Part shown: piece after piece, positions 10,014-19,543 of the stretch | Position numbering within the stretch: the first letter of the stretch is position 1 | How the letters are laid out: each line of letters opens with the position of its first letter | Virus record (IMG/VR): IMGVR_UViG_3300042389_001027 | Location: 64,619-128,618 of that record | DNA length: 64,000 bases | Source of the DNA: a virus | Strand: one strand, 5' to 3' | Translations under genes and position numbers: made by a program | Notes under the pieces: model-generated | Database searches by the model: none | Told to the model about the DNA's origin: nothing | What the model saw: the letters and a program-made list of their open reading frames with translations, nothing else

Positions 10014-11987
10014 ATGGGGAAATTTCTGCGCATAACACGCGCACTTATTTTTATACCTGTCGCCATAATGGCATGGTTCACCCCAACTGGTGCACGAGCC
10101 GCAACCCCCGGTCTCCAAATGACCGTTTACAACAACTTCGGCCACAACGGCTCGCCACCACTTCCCGAAGTCAGTGGACGACCAATCGTTGGGACAACGA
10201 CAGTTGGGAACGTAAACCAAGACTTTGATGCAAGCCCATACTTCAACATGTACGAGGACTTCATCGTCCAGTACGAAGGACACGTCACATCGCCTATTGA
10301 TGCCGATATCAGTTTCCTCCCACCAGCAGATGACGGCACAAAGTTATTCATAGACGGCGTGTTGGTTGACGATAACTGGGTTGACAAGGGCGGTGGTGCA
10401 AACCCAACTGAGCCAATCCATTTCAATGCTGGAGAATCCAAAACGTTCACACTTTGGTTCTATGAGAACGGCGGAGGAGCATGGGTTGAACTTTATTGGA
10501 ATTTAAACGGTGGGTGGGAAATAGTCCCAGAATCGGCATTCACCCAAGATTTAGTAACACCAGCGCCCCCATATCTAAATACACCGAGCAATGTGCAGGT
10601 GGTATCCGTAACAGATTCAAGTGTTTCTATTTCGTGGGATACTCCAGAACAGTCAAATGCTGATGTTGAGCGTTACGCAATCATGTGGTCATGTGAAACC
10701 AACTGGGATGCCGCATATGTAATCTCCTCCTACACAACCGAGGTGACAATTAACGGAATTGACTCTGGCACATCGTGCATTTTTCAGGTCAGGGCAGATA
10801 ATGACACGATTCCCGTGTATTCACAATATTCGCAGTCTGTAAGCGGAGTTACACAGACAACTACAACAACTACAACAACTACAACAACTACAACGATTCC
10901 TGAAACTACTACCACAGAACCAGAAACAACTACAACGACAGAACCCGAAACTACAACTACTGAGCCTGAAACAACAGTTCCAGAAACAACTACAACTACT
11001 GAGCCAGAACCCGAAACTACGACTACAACGGAAGTAGAGGTTCCAGTTGGAACAACAACCCCAGAAGAAACAGTTGAAGAAACGCTACCTGAACCAACAG
11101 AACCACCCGAAACAACGCCGCCGACGAGCGAACCAGAGGTAGACGTCCCACAAGATGTTCAAGATACCGCTGATGCAGCCGTTGATGAGATTTTCACGGC
11201 ATCCACGAATATTGAAGAGTTGGCTGATGCTGTTGATGAACTTGTTGGAGAGGCTGAAACACCAGAGGAATTGGTCGCAGTCATTGGGGCTCTTCTTGGG
11301 AAAGATTTAACCGAAGAGCAGTTTGATGCCGTTATTGATTCTGTGTTCTCTGAGCCTTTATCGGACGAGAACTTCACTGCTGCTCTTGAAGCAGTTTTTG
11401 AAGAACCACTCACAGATGAGCAGTTTGATGCTGTCATCACAGCAGTCCTTGATGAACCTATCTCCAATGAACAATTTGAGGAACTTGTGAATGTTCTTGA
11501 GTCCGACTCGGTATCCGAGGAACAGGTTGTTGCTGCTGTTGATGAGATTATTCAGAATCAAATTTCTGAAGAACAGGCTGTTGACCTCGCAACGAGCGAA
11601 AAAGTCTTGCAAAGTATTGACGGCGAGCAGGCTACAGAAATCTTTGATGCTGTTGACATCTCGGAAATAAACCCTGAAGAGGCTGAACAACTTGTTGCGG
11701 CTGTTCAAGATGCCCCAACGGAAGTTAAAGAAGCATTTGAGGGCGAAATCAACATCTTTGAAGGCGCCGTTGACACCTATGTGCCGCTTGGCTCAACGGT
11801 GAGTGTCGGTACACGTCGTGTCGTAGTTGCTGCCGCTGGTGTATTATTTGTAGCACCGACTATTGCGGCTATACCTCCTACAGCCCCAATAAATGGTAGC
11901 GGTAATAATAATCCGACTCCAAATAATAGTGGTGCTGGGAGTGCTTCAATGTCCGTAGAACCACGCAGGAGGGTCAGAGGAAAATGA
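10014..11987 (+). CDS. Secreted/membrane protein: signal peptide, PA14, FN3, Thr-rich linker, acidic repeats
   Basis: ADDGTKLFIDG...WFYENGGGAWVELYW (PA14); FN3 with IFQVRA; PETTTT repeats; C-terminal hydrophobic stretch. Confidence 0.8.
   Translation: MGKFLRITRALIFIPVAIMAWFTPTGARAATPGLQMTVYNNFGHNGSPPLPEVSGRPIVGTTTVGNVNQDFDASPYFNMYEDFIVQYEGHVTSPIDADISFLPPADDGTKLFIDGVLVDDNWVDKGGGANPTEPIHFNAGESKTFTLWFYENGGGAWVELYWNLNGGWEIVPESAFTQDLVTPAPPYLNTPSNVQVVSVTDSSVSISWDTPEQSNADVERYAIMWSCETNWDAAYVISSYTTEVTINGIDSGTSCIFQVRADNDTIPVYSQYSQSVSGVTQTTTTTTTTTTTTTIPETTTTEPETTTTTEPETTTTEPETTVPETTTTTEPEPETTTTTEVEVPVGTTTPEETVEETLPEPTEPPETTPPTSEPEVDVPQDVQDTADAAVDEIFTASTNIEELADAVDELVGEAETPEELVAVIGALLGKDLTEEQFDAVIDSVFSEPLSDENFTAALEAVFEEPLTDEQFDAVITAVLDEPISNEQFEELVNVLESDSVSEEQVVAAVDEIIQNQISEEQAVDLATSEKVLQSIDGEQATEIFDAVDISEINPEEAEQLVAAVQDAPTEVKEAFEGEINIFEGAVDTYVPLGSTVSVGTRRVVVAAAGVLFVAPTIAAIPPTAPINGSGNNNPTPNNSGAGSASMSVEPRRRVRGK
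10855..11030 (+). repeat. Coding low-complexity ACA/ACT repeat (Thr and PETTTTE linker)
   Basis: (ACAACTACA)n and CCAGAAACAACTAC units within the CDS. Confidence 0.85.
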
Positions 11988-12166
11988 AATACGTCAAAAA
12001 ACTCGTGAATGAAGGTCACTCGCTTGCTTGGACGTTGGCTGGAACGGCACTCGTTCTCATCACTCTTTCTGGCGACACCAAATCAAAAGGTCTTTGGATT
12101 AGCGGTATAGCCCTTGGCGCACACCTGATTGGCGTCCTTGTCAAGAAAGACGAAAACAATGAATAA
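11984..12166 (+). CDS. Small 2-TM membrane protein (holin-like)
   Basis: Two hydrophobic helices and a charged tail. Confidence 0.55.
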   Translation: MKYVKKLVNEGHSLAWTLAGTALVLITLSGDTKSKGLWISGIALGAHLIGVLVKKDENNE

Positions 12167-13562
12167 ATCTATTCGCAAAGCAATTCCGCTAATCACTGGA
12201 GTGACGCTCCTCCTTCTTGGCTTGTCAATGATTGCTGAAACAGCATCACCTCAGAAAAATGTTGCCTACGCAACAACTGGCGGCGGACCAATCGTCCTTG
12301 ACGGCATGGACCCTGTTTGCCACTCAGGCTGGGAATCAACTGGACAATACATTGCGAAAGTCCTAAAGAAAGTTCATGACGGCGCGGTAAACCCAAACAA
12401 CGGTCGTATCGCTATCGTTGGGTCAAACGAAACAACCACATCATGCGGGTCAACATGGGCAACGCAACTCAGCACACAATTCTTGGCTGAATTCACGACC
12501 GCACCAAGTGTTGATTTCTACACAACCGATGCCCAAATTAACAGTTTCTTCGCCACAACAATTACTTCAGCATCCCCAGCAGTTCTCTGGATTCCAGACA
12601 ACTGGAACAGGGGCGCAGCGACAGAAGCAATCTTCACAACCAATGCTGAAAAAATTGCTGACTTCGTGAACAGCGGTGGCGGGCTATTCGCCAACATGGG
12701 CTCGTACGGCTGGTTGACAGCACTTCTTCCGAGCGCAACCTACAACAATGGTGGATGCAACGGCGGTCCAGAAGCGACCGCTGATGGAATCGCAGATTTC
12801 GGTCTAACCAACACTCTTGTCGCTGCCTGCTGGCATGGATATTTCACAGGGAATGTCGGCACCCTGAAGACACTTGTTGACTACCCGTACCCGAGCGCCT
12901 CGGATACCCGCAAATCTGTCTCAATCGGCGGTGGCGCAGTATCCCTTCCAAGTTCCTTCACATTGGGTATTTCCCCCGAGAATCCTGCCGCTGGCGAAGA
13001 CCTCGTTATTACCGCCCTTGCGCAGACCTTGGCTGGCGTCCCTCAGGCTGGCGTTGTCGTATCAGTAACTGTCAGTAGCGGACCAGACGCTGGACAAACC
13101 TTCACAGCGACCACTAACGCCTCTGGTGTTGCCACAATTACTGTTCGGACAAATTCAGTCGGAACTGCGGTTTATACAGCGACCGCCACGGTGAATGGTG
13201 TCGCTAAAACAGTATCCAAGACTGTTACATGGAATCCTCCAACAACAACCCTTCCACCCCCAACGACGGTTCCACCTACTACAGAGGCTCCGACTACGAC
13301 CGTAGCCCCTACTACAACTGAGTCACCAACTACGACCGTAGCCCCCACTACGACTGTTGCTCCAACAACTACAGAGTCCCCAACAACAACTCAAGTGGTT
13401 ATTGAGACGACAACAACCGTTCATGACCATTCAACACATAGTCACGGACCGCTCCCAGATACTGGAAGCAAATCTGGCAGAAACACCCTGTTCGGTTTCT
13501 ACCTCATCCTCTTTGGGGTCTTCGTACTTTCCCTCTCGTACATCAGGAGAAAAGCATCATGA
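12159..13562 (+). CDS. Surface protein: signal peptide, Ig-like (Big-1) domain, PTTT linker, LPXTG sortase anchor
   Basis: ATTNASGVATIT Ig motif; LPDTG followed by a hydrophobic helix and RRKAS tail. Confidence 0.8.
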   Translation: MNKSIRKAIPLITGVTLLLLGLSMIAETASPQKNVAYATTGGGPIVLDGMDPVCHSGWESTGQYIAKVLKKVHDGAVNPNNGRIAIVGSNETTTSCGSTWATQLSTQFLAEFTTAPSVDFYTTDAQINSFFATTITSASPAVLWIPDNWNRGAATEAIFTTNAEKIADFVNSGGGLFANMGSYGWLTALLPSATYNNGGCNGGPEATADGIADFGLTNTLVAACWHGYFTGNVGTLKTLVDYPYPSASDTRKSVSIGGGAVSLPSSFTLGISPENPAAGEDLVITALAQTLAGVPQAGVVVSVTVSSGPDAGQTFTATTNASGVATITVRTNSVGTAVYTATATVNGVAKTVSKTVTWNPPTTTLPPPTTVPPTTEAPTTTVAPTTTESPTTTVAPTTTVAPTTTESPTTTQVVIETTTTVHDHSTHSHGPLPDTGSKSGRNTLFGFYLILFGVFVLSLSYIRRKAS

Positions 13563-13813
13563 CAATCATTTCTAATGTTCTTCTGCGAATCGTCGCAGTG
13601 TTCGCAGCATCAGGGCTTGGCGTTATCGGCGCTGGCGCAATCGCTGGAGTAAGCCTCTGGAAAGCATGCTTTATGGCTGGCATGGCTGGCGTAGCAACTG
13701 TCGTAGAAGGTCTTGCTCGCGAATTCCTTGATGACGGAAAACTTGACGCTGACGAAATTAACGGTGTTTTCAATAAGGTTGACAAAAAAGCGCAACCGCA
13801 AGTTGCTGAATAA
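13559..13813 (+). CDS. Putative holin
   Basis: 84 aa with 2 TM helices, directly upstream of the endolysin. Confidence 0.6.
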   Translation: MTIISNVLLRIVAVFAASGLGVIGAGAIAGVSLWKACFMAGMAGVATVVEGLAREFLDDGKLDADEINGVFNKVDKKAQPQVAE

Positions 13814-13885
13814 TAGGATTGACTAGTTTGGTATAATGGCTATGGAGCAAAAAACTCCGCACCCAGTATCAAACAAAGGAAAATC

Positions 13886-14689
13886 ATGACACTCCCGTAC
13901 ATCAAACTCGTAGTTCCTACAGCACTTACGAAGTTCAAGAACGGACAATTGCCTGCAAACGTTCTGGGGAAAGTTAAGACTGGCGGGCTCATGTATGCCC
14001 CCGTCGCCGAACAATTCAACAAAATGTATGACGCCGCTCTTGCCGCTGGACACAAACTCAAGAATGTGGGCGACTACCGCTCATTTGAAGGTCAACTTGC
14101 CATGTTCCGTGACCGCTACGTCCTTGAGAACACAGGGACAGGCGTAACACGTACCTATGAAGGCAAGACATGGTACCTCAAGAAGGGCAAGGCTCCTTCG
14201 GCAGCACCAGACCCAACTGGGTTGAAGGGCTCCAACCACGGTTGGGGACTCGCCATTGACCTCGGGTACGAGTCTGGCGGAAAGTTAGTTGGCATGGGCG
14301 GTGCGTGCTTTGACTGGATGTGCGCCAATGCTCCGAAGTACGGTTTCTACCTTCAGGGCAATGACCGCAACTCTAAAGAGTTTGAGGCGTGGCACTGGCA
14401 GTACTGCCTCGGTGACAAGACCCCAGACGGCTCTGCAGCAGCCGCTCCTGCCGCTCCCGCTCCCGCAGCCGCTCCTACTGGTGGATTGAAGTTTGATTAC
14501 CCAGGTACTCCAGTAAAGCAAGGCTCCAAGGGAGACGCAGCGAAACTCGTCCAATCAATCATCGGCGCTAAGCCAGATGGTGATTTCGGTCCGAAGTCAA
14601 CCGCTGCCCTCAAGGCTTGGCAAACCGCAAATGGTTTAACGGCAGATGGCGTTGTTGGTCCTGTGACATGGAAGAAGATGTTCGGCTGA
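13886..14689 (+). CDS. Endolysin: M15 (VanY-like) peptidase plus PG_binding_1 domain
   Basis: YRS..Q, SNHGWGLAID and EAWHW motifs; C-terminal DGDFGPKS...WQ.ANGLTADGVVGPVTW. Confidence 0.9.
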   Translation: MTLPYIKLVVPTALTKFKNGQLPANVLGKVKTGGLMYAPVAEQFNKMYDAALAAGHKLKNVGDYRSFEGQLAMFRDRYVLENTGTGVTRTYEGKTWYLKKGKAPSAAPDPTGLKGSNHGWGLAIDLGYESGGKLVGMGGACFDWMCANAPKYGFYLQGNDRNSKEFEAWHWQYCLGDKTPDGSAAAAPAAPAPAAAPTGGLKFDYPGTPVKQGSKGDAAKLVQSIIGAKPDGDFGPKSTAALKAWQTANGLTADGVVGPVTWKKMFG

Positions 14690-14769
14690 ACTAAACCGAA
14701 CGACACGCTTCTTTTGGATGCAGTCATTTTTTCAAACTTAGCCATAACAACCTGATGTAGTCTTACCTT

Positions 14770-15108
14770 ATGGAAAAGACTCAGGCTGACGAAGTTTCAT
14801 GGCACAACGACGGGCATATTCTTGTCTTGCAACTCAGCGCAAGCACTCTACGAATCCTTGAGACAGTTTGTCCTCATGAAGATAGCGAGACTGCCGCTTG
14901 CCGTCACGCAGATGCGAAGTGTGCGGTTGAATGGTTTATCACCCGATTTGGATTTGAGTGCAATGTTGGTGTCTGCGCCCCCGAGGAAAGACTTCAGGTT
15001 GCATGGGCGTTCGCTGGCGACTGGCATCGCGAACTAGAACAGGGTCAAGTCTGGATAATGCCAGTAAATGATGAGGCTTTTGCCGCTTGGATTGTCACTC
15101 AGCAGTAG
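14770..15108 (+). CDS. Hypothetical protein (probably leaderless)
   Basis: TAGTCT -10 element 6 nt before the ATG. Confidence 0.65.
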   Translation: MEKTQADEVSWHNDGHILVLQLSASTLRILETVCPHEDSETAACRHADAKCAVEWFITRFGFECNVGVCAPEERLQVAWAFAGDWHRELEQGQVWIMPVNDEAFAAWIVTQQ

Positions 15109-15583
15109 TGCTATCACTGGCACCTTGCTGGCGTTCTTTTAGTAGGTGCCCGATAACGAGAAATAGCCCTCGTATATCACTGTGATTTTCAAGAGATAAG
15201 CCGACAATTCTGTACTCATTTCTTCCATTGACTTTTGTTCTTGCTATGAGCCCATCATCCAGCAGTTTTGCTATTGCTTTAATGATGCTTGATTCTGTTG
15301 TGCCAAGAAGAACAGACATTTCTCGCACTGTCAGATTCGGCTTCTGAATTAGTAGCGACAAAACTCTTCCCGCAGGAGTCAATAGACTCGTGACGTTTCT
15401 ATCTCCGTAGTCAATGACATTCTGTTCCCCAAGAGTAAGAAGAATCTCTTCAACAATTGACGCAATGTCTGCACCCGAATTAATGCCTACTTCAAGAGTT
15501 CGCTCAAGAGGAGTACGCAAAACATGGTCTCGTTTATTTGAATAACGTGAAGACATTGAACTCCTAGACACGGACGTAAACAT
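15095..15583 (-). CDS. Winged-helix (MarR-like) DNA-binding protein
   Basis: LTVREMSVLLGTTESSIIKAIAKLLDDGLIARTKVNGRNEY; start uncertain. Confidence 0.75.
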   Translation of the reverse strand: MFTSVSRSSMSSRYSNKRDHVLRTPLERTLEVGINSGADIASIVEEILLTLGEQNVIDYGDRNVTSLLTPAGRVLSLLIQKPNLTVREMSVLLGTTESSIIKAIAKLLDDGLIARTKVNGRNEYRIVGLSLENHSDIRGLFLVIGHLLKERQQGASDSTTAE

Positions 15584-15642
15584 AGTCTATAGTTATTCAC
15601 GTCCACGTGCGTTTCCATTCGCGCAATTGATGGGGGTAACAA

Positions 15643-15885
15643 ATGTCGGAACTTGCAGAACGGCTGAATCGCTTACAAGCGCAACAAAATCAACCATGCC
15701 CAGTTACGAAACTTTTTAACTCCCTAGATAAAGAAACAGCGGATGTTCTTAAGCGCGTAATGGATGGTAAGGCGTCAACACGAGAAATACATAGCGAGTT
15801 AGCGTCTGCTGGATACCGAATCGGCAGGGACACAATAGCCGCACACCGCAACGGCTGGTGTCGTTGTCAAGGAGTAGAGCAATGA
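15643..15885 (+). CDS. Small hypothetical protein with HTH-like core and Cys motifs
   Basis: CPV...HRNGWCRC; coupled to the next gene. Confidence 0.7.
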   Translation: MSELAERLNRLQAQQNQPCPVTKLFNSLDKETADVLKRVMDGKASTREIHSELASAGYRIGRDTIAAHRNGWCRCQGVEQ

Positions 15886-17129
15886 GCAAGAAACCAACGA
15901 ATCTGGCAGACCGTCTAGCCGCAGTGGAAAACAAAGCGGAACATCAGGACGATACTAAAACGCGCAAGGCACCACCCGGCTGGGAACCCGGAGTTATCTG
16001 GGATGGCAAAACTGGCACTATCACTACTGACACTATTTACGAAACCCCCGAAGATTGGTCAGACCTTCTGCGGGCGCGAGGGCTGGACCCCGAAAAGTAC
16101 GAAGTTGTAGGCGACACAATCAAATGGTGCTCCTATGACGGCTGGAAAAGAGAGAATCCAGAAGATACTGCAACCAGTGCTATCTGTTACTCCTTTAAAG
16201 CAGAGATTCGCCTCAAGTCAAAGAACCGTTATAGCGGTGATTTAGAGGCGTTATATCACGATGTTCGGAAGAAGAAAAAGGGCACTAAAGTCACCCCAAC
16301 TGGTGACAGCACTTTTGTAGTTGCTCTAAGCGATTGGCAAGTCGGAAACAGAGACGGTGGCGGAGTAGAACGCCAAGCCGAAAAAATCGCCACACTCGTA
16401 GACGCAATACCCCAGCGCATAGCCGATTTACGCCGTGCAGGAAACAAAATCGGGCATATTGTCATTGCAGGATTAGGCGACCTAGCCGAAGGAACCTGCG
16501 GACACTACCCAGCACAGCAGTTCAGAATTGAACTAGACCGCCGTGAACAACACAAACTTGTTCGTCGCGGAATCCGAGACATCATCATGGCATGTGCGCC
16601 ATTGGCAGAGAAGGTAACAGTTACTGCAGTAGGCGGAAACCACGGTGAAAACCGAGGGCTCAACGGCAAAGCGTTTACCACCACTGGTGATAACGACGAT
16701 GTCGCTATCTTTGAGCAGATTGCCGAAATACTGTCAGTCAACCCTGAAGTTTACGGGCATGTCGGATTCAGACTCCCGCTAGAACGGCTCAGCGTTTCGT
16801 TAAATCTTTCTGGACATAATGTTGCGTTCACACACGGACACTTATCAAAAGCGAGCGGCAATGCTGCGCAGTCAGTGTGGAACTGGTGGAAAGACCAAAC
16901 TTTAGGTCGTGCCCACTCTGGCGTCGCCGATGCTGACATCCTCATTACAGGGCATTATCACCACTTGAACGTCAAGGAGCAAGAAGGACGCGCAGTATTC
17001 GTTTGTCCAAGTCTCACTTCCGTTGGTGAATACTTCCAAGATGCCTATGGGGTAAGAACCCGTGAAGGAACTTTGTCAATCCTTATTTCTGAAGACAACG
17101 GGTGGGGCGACCTCCACCTCATCAACTGA
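15882..17129 (+). CDS. Calcineurin-like metallophosphoesterase
   Basis: LSDWQ, GLGD, GGNHG, THGH and GHYH motifs. Confidence 0.9.
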   Translation: MSKKPTNLADRLAAVENKAEHQDDTKTRKAPPGWEPGVIWDGKTGTITTDTIYETPEDWSDLLRARGLDPEKYEVVGDTIKWCSYDGWKRENPEDTATSAICYSFKAEIRLKSKNRYSGDLEALYHDVRKKKKGTKVTPTGDSTFVVALSDWQVGNRDGGGVERQAEKIATLVDAIPQRIADLRRAGNKIGHIVIAGLGDLAEGTCGHYPAQQFRIELDRREQHKLVRRGIRDIIMACAPLAEKVTVTAVGGNHGENRGLNGKAFTTTGDNDDVAIFEQIAEILSVNPEVYGHVGFRLPLERLSVSLNLSGHNVAFTHGHLSKASGNAAQSVWNWWKDQTLGRAHSGVADADILITGHYHHLNVKEQEGRAVFVCPSLTSVGEYFQDAYGVRTREGTLSILISEDNGWGDLHLIN

Positions 17130-17137
17130 GGTGACTC

Positions 17138-17671
17138 ATGTGGAATAAACACAATCCAGGCAGTAAGGGAGCACAAGAACTCGGTTGTGTCTGCCCTGTT
17201 GAAGATAACAACAGTGGACTTTGGTCTCCTTTTGGTAAGCGCGACACATGGATACTTAGCGCACTGTGTGAATACCATCAAAGAGGCAACGAGACCGAAA
17301 TTGAGCGCAAGATTGCCCACATTGAATCCCTGATGGACAAAGAGATGAGAGGCTACATTGAGTGCGACCATGGCTGGGATGAACTCATTATTAGATGCCA
17401 TGAGGAACTGATAGCACTAGACCCCAACTATGTTCCTGTACAAATTAAACAGAAGTTTGGTGGTCTTCGCTACTACTTTGACACACAAACAGACGAACGG
17501 ACACGCCTCAAAATGTACGAAACCACAGGAAGATACGAAGCGCTATCACTCAAAACCTGCGAAGTCACAGGAGAAGCAGGTGTCCTCATGAAACAAGGCG
17601 GAACCTACTTCACCGTCAACCCTGCATACGCCCCCGAAGGCTCAGTGGAAGTAGATAGCAATGGACTCTGA
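17138..17671 (+). CDS. Conserved phage hypothetical protein
   Basis: QIKQKFGGLRYY...CEVTG motif; GAGG RBS. Confidence 0.75.
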   Translation: MWNKHNPGSKGAQELGCVCPVEDNNSGLWSPFGKRDTWILSALCEYHQRGNETEIERKIAHIESLMDKEMRGYIECDHGWDELIIRCHEELIALDPNYVPVQIKQKFGGLRYYFDTQTDERTRLKMYETTGRYEALSLKTCEVTGEAGVLMKQGGTYFTVNPAYAPEGSVEVDSNGL

Positions 17672-17825
17672 ACGCGAAGAAAGCGTAGAAAACACGCTCC
17701 GAATCATGGCAGTCATCCTACGACAAGAAGAAAAAACCATACAGGTTGACTTCACCCCAGAGTTCCTAGAAGAAGTAGCCGACGAAATCTCCGCCCTCAA
17801 ACAACGATTAGCGGAACAATCATGA
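17661..17825 (+). CDS. Small acidic hypothetical protein (54 aa, not in the ORF track)
   Basis: Translated by hand as MDSEREES...EQS; ATGA coupling with the next gene. Confidence 0.6.
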   Translation: MDSEREESVENTLRIMAVILRQEEKTIQVDFTPEFLEEVADEISALKQRLAEQS

Positions 17826-18031
17826 ATGACTTGACGGAAATCCTCCATCGCGACCCCAGCCACAGATGGGCAGTCGTCATACAAGAAGCAACTGAAGACT
17901 GGGGCGCCCCCGAATACTTCCTAGTCAAAGGCGACGGATTTAAATACACGATAGTAGCCAGAACCGACTTCCTAGAAGAAGCCGAAGAAATGGCAACCGC
18001 CCTCAACTACTGGGAAACACGCCCACTCTGA
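17822..18031 (+). CDS. Hypothetical protein
   Basis: 69 aa; coupled. Confidence 0.65.
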   Translation: MNDLTEILHRDPSHRWAVVIQEATEDWGAPEYFLVKGDGFKYTIVARTDFLEEAEEMATALNYWETRPL

Positions 18032-18103
18032 GACCATGAACAAAGCGCCGCATTCTCCCTCCACGTACCCAAATATGGGAATGTCCTATATATGGAGAGA
18101 CCT

Positions 18104-18721
18104 GTGACAACGATAGTGGGGATACAAGGAGACGGTTTCGCTTTACTGGCTACAGACAGCCGAATTTCCAGTTTTGATGAGAAAGGTAACGCCTACCAGT
18201 ACACAACCCTAGGTGCTGGCTCCAGCAAACTTGCCACCAACGGCAAATACCTTGTAGGCGCAGCAGGAGACGTCCGAGCCATCAACCTCCTCCATCACGC
18301 CTTCCACCCACCAGTATGCGCACCATCCCTCAGAGGGAAACGGTTAGACACCTTCATCACCACCAAATTCATCCCCGCATTAAACAAACTGTTTGACGAA
18401 CACGGCTACACAACCTCAGAAGACAAACGCACCCACAAATCAGAACACGACTCCACAATCGTCGTCGCCATAAACGCCACCATCTACATCATAGAAGGCG
18501 ACTACTCATGGACATCCGACACCACAGGACTCTACTCCGCAGGCACAGGGTCAAGTTACGCCCTAGGAGCACTACAAGCCCTCACCCACAAAAACACCAC
18601 CCCACAACAAGCCAAAACCATCGCCCTCAAAGCCCTCAACATCGCAGCCAAATACGACCCCTACACAGGGACACCATTCCACACATACCTACAAGAACAC
18701 CAAAAACCCACCAGAAAATAA
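18104..18721 (+). CDS. Ntn-hydrolase, proteasome beta/HslV-like protease
   Basis: (M)TTIVG...ATDSR...K...SAGTGSSYALGAL...D.YTG. Confidence 0.88.
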   Translation: MTTIVGIQGDGFALLATDSRISSFDEKGNAYQYTTLGAGSSKLATNGKYLVGAAGDVRAINLLHHAFHPPVCAPSLRGKRLDTFITTKFIPALNKLFDEHGYTTSEDKRTHKSEHDSTIVVAINATIYIIEGDYSWTSDTTGLYSAGTGSSYALGALQALTHKNTTPQQAKTIALKALNIAAKYDPYTGTPFHTYLQEHQKPTRK

Positions 18722-18730
18722 CACCCCTGT

Positions 18731-19054
18731 ATGACAAACCAAAACCAAACAAACTTAACCGATATACAGGGAATAGACATATCAGAAAACTGGATGGACA
18801 ACGCCAACTGCAAAGGCAAAACCCACCTCATGTTCCCCAAAGAACACAAAGACATCACATACATCACACAAGCCCGCAACATCTGCAAAGCCTGCACCGT
18901 CCGAGAACAATGCCTCAACTACGCCCTAGAATACCCACCCATAGACATGCACGGAGTCTGGGCAGGCATGACCAGCAGACAACTAGCCGCAGAACAAAAA
19001 AACAGAGGCATCAAAGCAACCCGCCCCTCACTAGCCCAAATGTTCCCCCGCTAA
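18731..19054 (+). CDS. whiB: WhiB-family Fe-S transcription factor
   Basis: W...ANC...A..IC..C.VR..CL.YAL...GVWAG. Confidence 0.93.
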   Translation: MTNQNQTNLTDIQGIDISENWMDNANCKGKTHLMFPKEHKDITYITQARNICKACTVREQCLNYALEYPPIDMHGVWAGMTSRQLAAEQKNRGIKATRPSLAQMFPR

Positions 19055-19392
19055 CCGCAACGCACCCCACACTCATCACAAAACATCAAACCCCCCACAT
19101 CCACAAGAGACGGCGAACAATCAGTCCGACCACACGGCTGCAACACCCTCTCGCCCGCAAGATACGCCCGCAACACAGAACCAGCATCAGGCAACGGCTG
19201 ACCATCCGCAAGACGAGGCACACCCTGAGCCTCCCGCAAAGCCGACATCACACACACAGCCATCCATTGCTGTAAAGAAACCCCCTGTGTGTCGCAGAAG
19301 TCTATGACTGCGTTTTTGTCTTTGCCTGATAGTAGGAATTCCATTCTGTAGAGGGTTGTGGGGTTTTTGGCGCGTTCAGGTTTTCTCGGCAT
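19051..19392 (-). CDS. RHH-like DNA-binding protein with C-terminal Cys cluster
   Basis: beta-alpha-alpha pattern (MEFLL..KDK...GVSLQQWM); PCGRTDC...FCDECG. Confidence 0.6.
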   Translation of the reverse strand: MPRKPERAKNPTTLYRMEFLLSGKDKNAVIDFCDTQGVSLQQWMAVCVMSALREAQGVPRLADGQPLPDAGSVLRAYLAGERVLQPCGRTDCSPSLVDVGGLMFCDECGVRCG

Positions 19393-19543
19393 CGCGTTGT
19401 ATGAGTGTGGTGATGTATTCGGTGATTGTCATGTCGTATCCGTCGGCGAGTTGGATGATGAGGTTTTTGAGGTCGGGTTCTAGTTTGATTGTGAGGGTGG
19501 TTGGTTTGTCGGCGGGTTTGGGTGGGCGTCCGTTGCGTTTCAT
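19376..19543 (-). CDS. Ribbon-helix-helix protein (55 aa, not in the ORF track)
   Basis: Hand translation MKRNGRPPKPADKPTTLTIKLEPDLKNLIIQLADGYDMTITEYITTLIQRD. Confidence 0.7.
   Translation of the reverse strand: MKRNGRPPKPADKPTTLTIKLEPDLKNLIIQLADGYDMTITEYITTLIQRDAEKT

Noticed and set aside
13240-13420. Tandem repeats as a regulatory array
   Set aside because: They encode the PTTT stalk of the LPXTG protein.
16350-16365. Reverse-orientation copy of the polar element (GACGGTGGCGGA)
   Set aside because: Only the core matches and the flanks do not; it is explained by the codons for DGGG in the phosphoesterase.
18508-19275. 255-aa H/P/R/T-rich ORF (also 19302-19556 and 19553-19876)
   Set aside because: Shadow frames caused by the T-poor skew that removes stop codons; they overlap the protease, WhiB and RHH genes.
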